Source: Scenedesmus sp. PABB004 (taxonomy: Eukaryota). From it: a stretch of DNA of 64,000 nucleotides. The notes beneath the pieces were generated by a model that did no database searches, was not told the DNA's origin, and saw nothing but the letters and a program-made list of their open reading frames with translations. Made by a program: the position numbers and the translations under genes. The first letter of the stretch is position 1. The number at the start of each line of letters is the position of its first letter. Below are positions 24,709 to 35,719 of this stretch, one piece after another. The DNA is taken from the NCBI GenBank assembly GCA_014905635.1, contig JABVCE010000002.1, forward strand, positions 930,001-994,000, in the 5' to 3' direction.

Positions 24709-25068
24709 GCTCAGCGCGGCGTACGCGGCGGCCCCCGGCACGGCACTGGCAGCCCGGGTCGGCCCGCCAGGCCCTGCCAGGGCCTGGCGGGCGGGGCGCC
24801 GCCCTGGGCCGGGCGAGCCCCCTTCGCCAGGCGGTGGCAGCAGCAGTGTCCACACACACACACACACTGGGGGTGACGGCTGCACGGCTGCTCGCGTCGC
24901 GGTTGGGTCCTGGGGCTCTGGTCGGCGGCGGTTGGCCGGCCGCGGCGCTGTCACCTGCCTGTCACGCGGCGGTGCCGGCCCCGCCCCGCGACGGGGGAGC
25001 CGACAGCCGAGACCGTCCGGCGACAGGCACCACCAGCAGCGCGCCAGGCGTGCGCCCCGACACTCCCG

Positions 25069-25836
25069 ATGCGGCCCGCCCTCAGCGGCGGCCCCTGCGC
25101 TCCGCCGAGCCGCGTGCTCAGCGTTGGAGGCCTGACGGCGGTACCGTGCGCCCTGTCGCGGCGCGGCAGCGCGGTGCGCGCAAGCATGCGGCGGCCGGAG
25201 AGCCCGACCGAGGAGCGCGGCCTCCTGGACGCGATCGCGGACATCAAGGCCCACGGCGCCTACCCGGACGTGCTGCCGCCGCACCTCCAGCTCCCGGACC
25301 TGCAGGGCCGCCTGGCCGACACGCTGGGTGCGCGCGGCGCGGCGGCGAGCAGCGGCGCGCGCAGTTGCCGGCGGCGGCGCCAGCCGGCGGCGCCGCGGCA
25401 GCGGCGGCGGCCGGGGCGTGGGGTGGGGGCCGTCCGGCCGCGCCGGCGCAGCGCCGCCGCGCAGCGCGCGGCGCCGACGCCCGCCCGCCACCCGCCCCGC
25501 CCCCGCGCCGCGTGGCCGGCCGGCCGGCGCGCAGGCTGGGTGCGCCACGCGCTGGAGGACCCCGACGACTTCAGCAGCGCCGCGATCGGGCGCATGGTCA
25601 GCAAGGAGTACGGCCGGCACGAGCGCCCCCACACCGAGCGGCACGCGTGGCTGTCGTCGCCGCCGGGCAGCCCCGCCGCGGCGGCGGCGCGCGGCCCGGG
25701 GCAGCACGACGAGCCGCCGCCGCAGCAGCCGCAGCAGGCGCAGCAGCAGGCGCATCAGCAGGCGCAGCAGGGCGGCTGGACCTCGCCGCCCTGCGGCCCC
25801 GGCTTCCTGCGGCCCCGCGAGCCCGACGCCAAGTAG
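25069..25836 (+). CDS. Small hypothetical protein with a plastid-transit-like N-terminus (intron about 25329-25534)
   Basis: ...RRGSAVRA cleavage-like site, then EERGLLDAIADIKAHGAYPDVLPPHLQLPDLQGRLADTL|GWVRHALEDPDDFSSAAIGRMVSKEYG. Confidence 0.65.
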   Translation: MRPALSGGPCAPPSRVLSVGGLTAVPCALSRRGSAVRASMRRPESPTEERGLLDAIADIKAHGAYPDVLPPHLQLPDLQGRLADTLGARGAAASSGARSCRRRRQPAAPRQRRRPGRGVGAVRPRRRSAAAQRAAPTPARHPPRPRAAWPAGRRAGWVRHALEDPDDFSSAAIGRMVSKEYGRHERPHTERHAWLSSPPGSPAAAAARGPGQHDEPPPQQPQQAQQQAHQQAQQGGWTSPPCGPGFLRPREPDAK

Positions 25837-25935
25837 CTGGCTGCTGCGGGGCGCGCGCGCAACGGCTTGACCCTGACCCGCGCGCGGCGCTGCGCCCGCG
25901 GCTGCCTGCTGCCGCGCGTGCGTGGCGCCTGTGCA

Positions 25936-25986
25936 TCAGTTATTCACAGCCATGCTGTGAATAACTGCCATGCTGTGAATAACTGA
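25936..25986. repeat. AT-rich inverted repeat with a tandemly duplicated arm
   Basis: CAGTTATTCACAGC-CAT-GCTGTGAATAACTG followed by a second CCATGCTGTGAATAACTG. Confidence 0.9.
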
Positions 25987-26277
25987 CTGACTGAACGTGT
26001 GGCGTGGTTGTGTCGTGTGTGTGAGTTTGCCGGCCGCCTGGTGCGGCCGGGGCAAGCGCCTGCTTTGCTCAACATTTCTGCCTTGTACAATTCCTGTCTT
26101 GGTTCGCCGTGTTTGATCGCTGCTGTCGTTTTCGTCGTCGCCTTGCAGGCGTGTGTGTGTCTGCCGCGAGGGCGCCTGCTGCTGCCGGCTGCCCCGCGCC
26201 GGCGTGTGTCAGTCCGTTGTGTTGCGCGGCGGCGCCCCTGGTCACAGCTGCCGCCCGCTCTTGCAGCGGCGCAGCGC

Positions 26278-26282
26278 TTACA
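26278..26282 (-). terminator. TGTAA polyadenylation signal for the SPIRAL1-like gene
   Basis: TTACA on the + strand, about 260 nt downstream of the stop at 26543. Confidence 0.55.
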
Positions 26283-26542
26283 AGCAGTGAAACCACCACC
26301 AGACGCTATGTACAGTCCGCGCCGCCGCCGCAGCGGCGCGCTGCCAACGCCCCGCGCCAGAACGCCCGCCCCACGCGCGCGGCCCGGGGCAGCCAAGCAG
26401 CAAAGCAGTGCCGCTCAGGCCGCGGGCCTGGCACAGCCGGTCGCACGCGCCGCTCCGCTGCAGCCTGGGAGCTGCCGCCGCCGGCCCTGCGCGGCGCGCC
26501 CGCCGCCCCGGCGCCGCTGCCGGTGGTGGCGGCGCCCCGCTC

Positions 26543-27353
26543 TCAGCCAAAGGTGATCTGGCTGGCGCCGCCCGGGGGCGCGTGCACCTTGACGGCCTTG
26601 CGGTCGGTCAGGAAGTTGCCCACGTTCTGGCCCTCGGGGCGCGCGTAGTTGTTGGTCGCGTGGCCGTCGCCCTGCACGCCGCTCGCGAGCGAGCCCGGCG
26701 CGGGCGCGCGGCCGCGGCCGCGCGCGCGCTCCTCGGTCGCGCCGGCGCCGGCGTCGTCGCCGAACACGATCGACGACTGCCCGCCGGGCGCCGCCAGCAC
26801 GCGGCTGGAGGGCCGGTCCGTGAGGAAGTTGCCGCAGTTCTGGCCGTCGGGGCGCGAGTAGTTGTTGCGCGCGCTGCCGCCCTCCACGTCGCCCGTGGAG
26901 AGGCCCGCCTGGCCCTCGGACGTGTCGATGAGCGCGCCGCTCTCGCTGCGCATGGCGCTGCGCGGGGCGGTCGGGGGCGGCGGCGGCGGTCGGGCGCGGT
27001 CAGGCGCGGCGCCGGCGGCCCCCCGCGCCGCGCGGCCGCCGCCGGCAGCAGCGGCCCCCCGCGCTGCCGCCGCGCGCGCTGTGCCGCCCGCGGCGCCCGC
27101 GCCGCTGCCCGCGCGGCGTGCGGCTCGCTGCCGCGGCGCTGCGCTGGCTCGGGCCCGCCGCCGCCAGGGCGCGCGCGGCGGGAGGGCGCACGCACAAGTC
27201 GTTCGTCTCGAGCATGTGCTCCTTGAGGCGCTCGCTCAGCTGCTCCTTGCCGCCCGCGGGCGAGATGCCGCGCGCGCGGCACTGGATGCGCAGGTCCTTG
27301 AGCAGGACGGGCTTGAGCATCTTGTCGATGTCGTTGGCGCTCATGGCGGCCAT
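26543..27353 (-). CDS. SAP-like domain + two SPIRAL1-type repeats (putative microtubule-associated protein)
   Basis: LKDLRIQCRARGISPAGGKEQLSERL (SAP pattern). NNYSRPDGQNCGNFLTDRPSSRVLAAPGG and NNYARPEGQNVGNFLTDRKAVKVHAPPGG match the conserved SPR1 C-terminal motif. Confidence 0.85.
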
Positions 27354-27957
27354 CCTGCGCGCCCGCGCCTCGCGTGAGCCCGGGGCGGCCCGCCCGGCGC
27401 CGGGCGCGCGCGAGCGCGGCGCCACATTCACGAGGCGCCGGCGGGGCGCGCTGGCCCGGGGCGGGGCGGCCCGGCGCGCGCGCGGGGGCCGGCGCGGGCA
27501 TGGCGCAGGCCCCCCGGGCACCCCCGGGCGGCCTGCGGGCCCCCGCCAGCCCCGAGGAGCTGGGGGCTGCGCCCATGCACCCCCCAGGCACCCCGCCGGC
27601 CTCCCACCTGACGAGCGTGAGCGCCTGCGGGCGGCACAGTCCGGACGTGCGGGCACGCGGGCGAGGTGGCAGCGGTCGAGAGGAGGCGTCGGTCCTGTAA
27701 GTGGTGTGCAGCTGGCGGGAGCGTTGGCGCACGAAGCGCGGTTGCTGTCGCAGGTTTGAAACTGTAACACACGCTGTCATGTGACAAAAAGAGCGCTTGA
27801 AGCGCGATCGCAGGGCCGAGAGGATTGCACTGCTCACCACCTGCCCAGGGCCTGGCGGGCCGACGCTGCATCGCTGCTGCTCCGCGCGCCGCGCGCCGCG
27901 CACGGTCGCGGCACTCGCCGAGCTCCCCCAATCCGACGGCGTTGCCCGTGCCCGCCG

Positions 27958-30900
27958 TCACCGCCCCGTCTGCGGCGTCGCGCCGATCCGGCCTGCGCGG
28001 CGCCGGCCGTGAGCGAGGCGCGGCCGCCGGCGTCCCGCGCTCTGCTGCGCGCGCGGGCCGGCGCCGCACCTGGCGCCGCGGGCGGCTGCAGCGCCGCGCC
28101 GTGAAAGTCGACCTCGGGCTGCCCGCTGGCGCCGTTGATGACGAGCGACGCGGGGATGGCCGCAAACCCCTCCAGCACCGCCGCCGCCGCCGCGACTGCG
28201 CGGGCGCCGCGCGGGCGATGTGAGGCAGCAGCGCGCCCGCGGCCGCAGCGCCCCACCAGCCCACAGGCGGCCTGCCACCCACCCTCCGCGGCGACCTTGG
28301 CGGCCGGCGCCCGGGCGGGCGGCGCGCCCGGCTTGAGCCTGCCGCCGGCCTTGGCGTGGCTGGCGAGGCCGATGGGCGAGCCCGGCCGGAAGAGCGCGCT
28401 GGCCCTGACGCCGGCGTCGGCGGCGGTGGGCTCCGGGCTGGACGCGCTGCTGGCCAGCCGCGCCCGCGCCGCGCGCAGGCCGCCGCTGCCCGCCGGCTTG
28501 AGCTGCCCCCGCGGCGAGCCCGCCCAGCCGCCGCCGCAGTTGGGGCCGGAGAAGGGCGACGCCCCGCCACCGCCGCCGGCCGCCAGCTGCTGCGCCGCCT
28601 CGCGCACGATGGCGGCCGCCTCGGCCAGGGTCCGGCCGTGGTGGCTGCCCGGCTGGGGGCTGCCCCCGCCCTGCCCTGCCGCCCGCTGCTGCTGCTTCAG
28701 CTGCGCCAGCTGGTCGAGGGAGCCCCGCAGCCCCCCGCGCCGCTCGCCGGCGGCGACGCGCCGCAGCGGGGCGACGCGCTGGGCTGCGGGGCCGTAGGCG
28801 ACGCGAGCGGGCTGCCGCCCGCCCACACGCCGGCGTCGGGCGGCAACAGCGGCCTCGGCGAGCTGCTGCAGCTGCCGCCGCCGCCGCTGGGCGACCCACA
28901 CCCGGGGACGGGCAGCGGAAACTGGCGCGCGAGCGGCACCCGTCTGTGGGGCGCGCGCGCGGGGGCGGCTCGCCGCGCGCAGCCCGAGCTCGCGATGCCG
29001 CACCGGCGCGCGGCCGCGCGCCGCCGCACCTGTCGGCCGCCGAGACGTGCGTCGCGCCGCGCGGCGAGCGCCAGTCGGTGAGCAGCGCGAGGAACTCGCC
29101 CGGCGGCGGCGTGGGCACCAGGAGGCCGGCGCGTCCGAGGCTGCCGACGTAGGCCTCCACCTCGCCCGCCTTGGCCGCCCACGGGCCGCGCGCGCGCGGC
29201 GCCGGCGGGCCGGGGCCAGCGGCGGTGCCAAACACGAGCTCCAGGGCTGGTACGGGGGCGGCTGCGGGGCGGGCGGCGGCGCGGTGGGCTCCGTGTGTGT
29301 GTGGGAGGGGAGGGCTATGCAGCAGAGCCCCGGGCGCGCCGGCGGCTGCTGCGCCGCGCACCCTCTGCGAGGCCGCCCACGGCCCCGCCGGCCGCGCCGC
29401 CGCCCGCCTCCAGCAGCGCGCGCAGGCCGCGGCCGCGCAGCACGGCCTCCGGCACGGCCGCGCCGCCGAGCAGGACGTGGCCGTCGCGGCCCGCCGCGGC
29501 GCGCGCGCTGGCGGAGCGCTCGTTCATGACCAGCTTCTGCCCCGCCACGTGCGTCATCTCGGCCAACACCTCGGCGGGCATGCGGCGCTTGAACTCGCGC
29601 AGCGGCACCTTGTACGTGAGCAGCTCAGTCAGGGCGACGACCGTCGCGGAGCGCCGCGGCGGCCCGCCGGGGCCCTCGCGGACGCTCATGTCGCCGATGA
29701 TGGAGCCGCGGCCGAGCAGGCACACCTGCACGAGGCCCTTCAGCGCGTCGCCGGCCGGCTCGGCGCCCGCGGGCGCGCTCGTGCACGGGGTGGGCAGGGT
29801 GAGGCCGGGGTCGATGAGCACGCAGACCTGCACACGTGTGCATGTGTGCGCGAGCGTGTGCGAGTGCGTGTGTGTGAGAGCTCACACGTGTGAGCTCGTG
29901 CACGCTGCGCGCGCCGCAGTGCCGCCGCGCGCCTGCGCCGCCGGGCGGCACCGGGGCGGGGCGCTGCGGCGCTCACACCCGCGCGCCCACCTGGCCAGAC
30001 TTGAGGACGTACAGGTCGCTCGCGACCTCGCCCTGGCGCACCAGCACCTCGCGCGGCTCAAACTGCACCTGGTGGAAGCAGTGCGACAGGCTGCGCAGGT
30101 ACTCGGCGCTGAGGCCCTTCAGTGCCGGCAGCTCGCTGAGGAAGGCCACTTTTTCCTCCAGCATCGCGCTCAGGCGGCCCTCCAGCACGGCGCCGTAGTC
30201 GCGCGCGCTCAGCTCCAGCAGCACCGCGCCGCCGCCGGCCGCCCCCGCGGCGCCGGGGCTGGGCGGCGCCTCGCCCGCCGCCGCGCCCGCGGCGGCCGCA
30301 TTGACCGTGCGCCGGCGCGGCTCGAGGGCGCCCCGCGCGCCCGCGTCGCCGCCGGGCGGCGCAGGCGCAAAGGTGGCCGCGCCCGCGCCGCCCGCGACCG
30401 CCGACTGCTCGCGCGTGCCGCCCGCGGTGACCTCGTCCTCGCCAAACGCCTCGCGCGGCCCCACGCGCCGCACCTCCACCACGTCTGCGGCGGCGGCCGG
30501 CGCCATGGGCGCGGGGGTGCCGCGCGGCGGCCGCACTGCGCCGCCCAGCAGCCGGGCGCGCGCGCGCCGCCGCTGGCTCACCCGCGGGCACGCCGTCGGC
30601 GCCGCTGCCGCCGCCGTGCGAGCGCAGCGCGCGCGGCGAGCCTGCCGCTGCCGCCGCCACGGCGCCGCGCCGCGAGCCGCCGGCCCCGCTGCCGCCGGCG
30701 GCGCTGGCGCCGGCGCCAGAGCCGGAGCGGGCGCCGCTGGACGACGGCGGCGCCGCCGCGCCGGCGCCCGACGTGCTGGCGGGCGCGGGCGGCGGCGCGG
30801 GCGCCTCGCGCTCATACATGACCACCTCGCCGAGCGCGACCACGTAAAAGTGCTGCGCCGGGTCGCCCTGGCGGTAGATGAGCTGCAGGGCGGGGATGGC

Positions 30901-31340
30901 GGCCGGCGCGCGGCTGGAGGAGGGCTCGCAGTGCAAACGCCCGCGCGGGGCCCGGCGCGCGCAGGCGCGCAGTGCGCAAACACCTCGCCGTCCTCTAGCA
31001 ACCGGCCCCGCATGGCGCCAGCAAGGTCACGCAGGTTGCTGGGCTGCAGGTGGCACAGGAGGTGCGCGCTGGAGAGGAAGGACGTGAGCAGCTCAACCTG
31101 CTCCCGCGTGCGCTGCGCCGGCGCCATGAGCGCCGCGCCGCGCAGCTCGCCGGCGCGCTCCTCCGCGCGCTTCGCCGCCGCGCGCTGCTTTGCTGCCGCC
31201 GCGGCCGCCTGCCCCGCGTCGGCGTGAAGCCGGGCGCCGCCCATGAGCGCGGCGGCGGCGCTGTCGAACGCGCTGCCGAGCGCGCGGCCGCCGCCGACCG
31301 ACGCGTCCCGCCCCGAGGGCGGGCCACTGGGCGGCGGCAT
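27958..31340 (-). CDS. Protein with two cyclic-nucleotide-binding domains (CNBD2-like)
   Basis: RTREQVELLTSFL. LIYRQGDPAQHFYVVALGEV...FGEDEVTAGGTREQSAVA. EVLVRQGEVASDLYVLKSGQV...IIGDMSV...RRSATVVALTELLTY. The 3' end and apparent frameshifts near 30760 and 28735 are uncertain. Confidence 0.8.
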
Positions 31341-31407
31341 GCTGACGACGCTGGTGAGAAGCTTGTGAGCGCGGCAGCCGTGTGGCGGCCGCGGGCGGCG
31401 CGGGCGT

Positions 31408-31459
31408 CGCAAGCGGTCTTGCGGACTGACGCACGCAAGCGGTCTTGCGGACTGACGCA
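31408..31459. promoter_or_regulatory. 26-bp tandem duplication containing a palindrome, in a bidirectional promoter
   Basis: CGCAAGCGGTCTTGCGGACTGACGCA x2 between divergent ATGs at 31340 and 31588. The repeat is certain; the regulatory role is inferred. Confidence 0.55.
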
Positions 31460-31587
31460 CGCCGGCGGGCGACTGCGCGGCGTCACGACGTGGCCGCGCG
31501 GCGACCGTCCAGTCTCAAGCAGCGCGGCGTGGAGGCCGGCTCGCGTCTCAATCACCGCGCTCCGCAAGCAGCGGCGGCGGCGGCGCG

Positions 31588-33924
31588 ATGCTCGGTGCGC
31601 CGTAGCCGCTGCTGCTGCCGCCCTGGCGCCCACTGCTGCCGTGCCTACGAGCCGCGCACAGCTTCGCGCCGTGGGCGCGCCGCGCCGCCGCGCCGCTCAC
31701 GGCGCCGCCGCCGCCGCTCGCTGCTGCCGCCGCCGCAGGCTGGCTCCCGCCTGCGGGCGCAGCGGCGGCGCAGTGGGCGCCGCTGGCCGCTGCGGGCGCG
31801 GTGCGCCTGCTGAGCACAGCCGCCGCGGGCGCGCAGCGGCAGGCCGCGGAGCAGGCGGCACAGCACCCGCAGCCGCACCAGGCGCGGCAGCGTGGCCCCT
31901 CTGCCGCGTCGCCGCGCCGGCAGCGGCGGCCGCGCGGCGCGCGGGAGGAGGCCTGGCCGCGGCCGGCGGCGCCCACCGCGAGCGCGGTGGTGCCCGGCGC
32001 GAGCGCGCGCGAGCTCACGGCGCAGCTCAAACGCGCGGAGGCGCCGCGCGACCTCGTTGCGCTCGTGGTCGCCGCCGCGCCGCGGCTGAATCACATTCAC
32101 GTCGTGGCCGCGCTGCGCCGGGCGGCGGCGCTGTGGCCGTCGACGGCGGCGCCGCCGGCGGGCGACGGCGGCGCCGGCCCGGCTGAGCAGCTGGTGGCGC
32201 GGCAGCAGCTGCACGCGCTCGTCGAGGGCCTGTCGGGCCCGCTCGGCCGCGCGCTGCCGCGGTGCAGCGTGGAGGACGTGGCGGGCGTGCTCAGTGCGTA
32301 CGCGCACTGCGGGCTCGCGCCGCCGCCGGAGCTGGCCGCGGCCGCGGCGGCGCGCGCGGCATGGGGGGAGCTGCAGGCCGCGTCGCCGGGCACCCTGGTC
32401 AGCTTTGCGTGGGCGGCGGCCAAGCTGGGCCTGGGCGACCGGCAGCTGTTTGCCGCCGTCGCCGCCGCGGCGGGCCCGGCGGCGCCGGAGATGCACGCCA
32501 GGCACGTCGGCAGCCTGCTCTGGGCGCTCTCTCACGGCCGCCGCGACGACGCGCTGCCGGCGCTGCCGGCGCTGTGCGCGCGCCTGCGCGCCGCGCTCGA
32601 CGACGCGCTGGCGGCGCGGCAGGCGGGCGCGGGCGCCGCGCCGCGGGGCGCGCGCGGCCCGGGCGGGGGCCTCTCGGCGGCGGCGCTCGGCAGCGCGGCG
32701 CACAGCCTCTCCCGGCTGCGGTTCGCCGAGCCGGGCGTGATGGCGCGCGTCGCCGCGCTCGCGGCGGCCCCGCCCACGCTGCACGACGTGCGCCCGCACG
32801 ACGCAGCGGCGCTGCTCAGCGGCTTTGCCGCCGCGGCAGGCACGGGCCCGCTCGGCAACGACGCGCCCGCGGGCGGCGGCGGCGGGGGCGTCGGCGGCGC
32901 GGGCGCGCCGGCCGCCGGCGCCGCCGACGCTGCCCACGCCGCGGACGACGACGGCGAGCCGGCGCGGCAGCGGCCGGCCGCGAAGGAGCAGCTGCTGCCC
33001 GCGGCGGTCGCGCTCGCGACGGCGGCGCTGCGGCGGCTGGACGAGGCCACGCTGCTGACACTGGCGCGGGTGCTATGGGGCCTGGCGGCGACCGCCGCCA
33101 GGCAGCCGCCGGGCGCCACGCAGGAGGCGGGCGCCGCGGGGTCCGTGTTTCAGCAGCTGTGCGCGGCGCTCACGGCGCGGGGTGCGCCCGACCTGTACAG
33201 CCTGACCGTGGTGGCGTGGGCGCTCGCGCACGGGCAGAGCGGGCTCGCGTCGGCGCCGGAGCAGCAGCCTGTCGGCGCCTGGGCCGCCAGGGGGGCGCTG
33301 CCGTCGCAGGAGCTGCTGGAAGCGGTGCTGCAGGCGGTCAGCGCACAGGCGGCCGCGCTGGTCGAACAGCCGGAGCAGCTGGGCGACCTCGCGGCCGCGC
33401 TGGAGCGCCTGCGTGCCCGCAGCCGCCCCGCCGCGGCCGACGACAACGCGCCGGATGCAGGCGACAATGGCGGCGCGGCAAGCGGCGCGGACGCGCCGGA
33501 CGCGCAGCTGGCGGCCGCCGCGGCCGCGCTGGCGGCCGCCGCGGAGCAGCTGCCGCCGTCGCGCCCGCTGCCGGTGCATGCGGCGGCGCGCCTCGCGTCG
33601 TCGCTGGCCGGCCTGGGCGTCGGCAGCGAGGCGTTGTTTGCCGCGCTCGCGGCGCGCTTTACGCCGGCCGAGCTGGCATCGTGCGCCGAGGCGAGCCTCG
33701 TCGCGGCGGCGCGCGCGGCGGCCCGCATCGCCGCGGTGGCCCCGGGCGCGCTGGGCGACGACGTCTGGGCGGCGCTGCGAGCCGCCGCGTCGCGGCGGCA
33801 GCCCGCGCTGAGCGAGGGCGCCCGTTCGCGGCTGACGGCGGCGCTCGAGCCGCTGCCCGCGGGGCTCAGCGGCCCTGCCGCCCAGGGCGCGGGGCTCAGC
33901 GTGGACGAGCCGCCGGTCGTGTAA
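31588..33924 (+). CDS. Organelle-targeted alpha-helical repeat RNA-binding protein (OPR/HPR/FASTK-like)
   Basis: After removing intron 31595-31738 the protein starts MLGWLPP...AVRLLSTAA (mitochondrial-like presequence). LNHIHVVAALRRAA and repeated units such as LVSFAWAAAKLG, VGSLLWALS, LARVLWGLA and LTVVAWALA. Confidence 0.75.
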
Positions 33925-34116
33925 CGAGGGCCCTCCACGCAGCCTTTGGACGGACCGGCGGCAGCGACGGCAGCGGCTCCGGGCGGCGGCAGCAGCAGCG
34001 GCAGCAGCGGCAGTCGCGGCGGCAGCAGCTAGCAGCGTGCGAGAGCTCACCAGCGCCTGCGAGACCCCCGAGGCTGCGCGCGCGGCTCGCGCCGCTGCAT
34101 AAGCGGCCCGGCAGGC

Positions 34117-35619
34117 ATGCGGCGCCTCGCCGCCGTCGGCGCCGCCGGCGGCCGCTGCGCGCTGCCGGCGCGCCGCCCTTCGCCCCACGCCCGCGTGGCA
34201 GCTCCGCGGCCCTGCCTCCTGGCCTGTGACGCGGCACGGCGGCGTGTCGGCGCGGCAGGGGTCGGCAGCGAGGGCGCCGGCGCCGCTGCCGGCAGCGGCA
34301 GCGGCAGCGGCAGCGACGGCGCCGCTGCCGGCAGCGGCAGCGGCAGCGGCAGCGGCAGCGACGACGCCGCTCGACTGCTGGCGCGCCTGGCCGCGGCGGC
34401 GGCCGCCGCGGACAAGCCGGTGCGCGTGGAGCGAATTCTGTCCAACCTCGGGCACGGGACGCGCGCCGAGTGCGCCGCGCTCATCCGCCGCCGGCGCCTC
34501 GTGCTCGCGGCGAGCGGCGCGCCCGCGCGCGTCGGCGACAAGGCGCGCCCGCGCGAGCTGCTGCTCGACGGCGAGCCGCTCGACCCGGCGCCGCTGGCGC
34601 TGGTGCTGAACAAGCCGCGCGGCTACGTGGTGACCAGCCCCGACGACGAGGCGGTGTCAGACCCAAAGATCTATGACCTCCTGCCCTTCCGCTTCGGCCG
34701 GCGCAAGCCCTTCCTCTCTGCCATAGGGAGGCTGGACAAGGACACGAGCGGCCTCCTGCTGCTCACCGACGACGGGAAGCTGCTGCACAGCATCCAGTCG
34801 CCCGCCAAGGGTGCGTGCACGTGCCGCGCGCCGGCCGGGCGCCGCGCGGGCCGCCGGGGGGATCGCGCAGGCCGCGGCGGCAGCGCGCCGCCGCCGGCGC
34901 CACAGGCCCGCCACGCGCCGCCGCGCCGCCGCACCGCCGCGTCAGGCATATGGAAACTCTACGAGGCCAGCCTCGCCGAGCCGCTCGAGGGCAAGGCGGC
35001 GGCCGCGGCGGCGCGCAAGTTTGGCAGCGGGCGCCTGCTGCTGCACGGCGAGCGCACGCCGCTGCTGCCGGCGGGGCTGCGCATGCTCGACGCGACGACC
35101 GCCGAGGTGGCGGTGTGTGAGGGCCGCTACCACCAGGTGCGCCGCATGTTTGCCGCGCTCGGCAACGAGGTCGTCGCGCTGCGCCGCCACGCCATCGGCG
35201 GGCTGCGCCTCGACGACGAGGCGGACCTGCCGGAGGGCAGCTGGCGCGTCGCGACGCCCGAGGACCTGGCGGCCGTGCTGGGCGGGCCCGACCTGGGCGA
35301 GGCCATCGCCGCGGCGCAGGGCGGCGACGAGGGCGACGCGGCGCCGCAGCAGCCGCCCCCGCCACAGCCGCGGCCGCGGGCCGGCGCGGCGGGCAGCAGC
35401 AGCGGCGGCGGCGGCAGCAGCGGCAGCGGGGGGCTGGGCGAGGGCCCGGAAGAAGAGCTGCTGCTGGAGGACGCGGAGGAGCAGCTGGCAGCGACGCGGC
35501 GCTACAAGAGCAGCAGCCGCTGGGCCAAGCGCCGCGCCGCGGTCGCGCGCAGCATGGCGGGCGTGCGCTGGGCGGACCAGCCAGGCGGGCGGCGAGGCGG
35601 CGGCGGCGACGGCGAGTAA
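34117..35619 (+). CDS. RsuA-family pseudouridine synthase (S4-like + catalytic domain), organelle-targeted, intron about 34811-34946
   Basis: Motifs RVERILSNLGHGTR, LNKPRGYVVT, IGRLDKDTSGLLLLTDDG (catalytic Asp) and EGRYHQVRRMFAALGNEVVALRR. Confidence 0.92.
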   Translation: MRRLAAVGAAGGRCALPARRPSPHARVAAPRPCLLACDAARRRVGAAGVGSEGAGAAAGSGSGSGSDGAAAGSGSGSGSGSDDAARLLARLAAAAAAADKPVRVERILSNLGHGTRAECAALIRRRRLVLAASGAPARVGDKARPRELLLDGEPLDPAPLALVLNKPRGYVVTSPDDEAVSDPKIYDLLPFRFGRRKPFLSAIGRLDKDTSGLLLLTDDGKLLHSIQSPAKGACTCRAPAGRRAGRRGDRAGRGGSAPPPAPQARHAPPRRRTAASGIWKLYEASLAEPLEGKAAAAAARKFGSGRLLLHGERTPLLPAGLRMLDATTAEVAVCEGRYHQVRRMFAALGNEVVALRRHAIGGLRLDDEADLPEGSWRVATPEDLAAVLGGPDLGEAIAAAQGGDEGDAAPQQPPPPQPRPRAGAAGSSSGGGGSSGSGGLGEGPEEELLLEDAEEQLAATRRYKSSSRWAKRRAAVARSMAGVRWADQPGGRRGGGGDGE

Positions 35620-35719
35620 CCGGCCGCCGTCGCGAGTCGTTGCCACAGGCACAAGCCGCAGCGCCCGTCAACCGATCAAAGGCGAGAGTCGCGGCGCCGC
35701 GCTCGCATGCGACGGCCGC

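Noticed and set aside
27696..27767. Two + strand TGTAA motifs implying an antisense transcript
   Set aside because: No credible + strand gene ends here, and a 5-mer in an AT-richer intergenic region is weak evidence.
31588..31738. In-frame TAG six codons after the ATG, suggesting readthrough or a reassigned code
   Set aside because: The TAG lies inside a canonical GT-AG intron (31595-31738) whose removal restores the frame. Other genes end normally in TAG, TAA or TGA.
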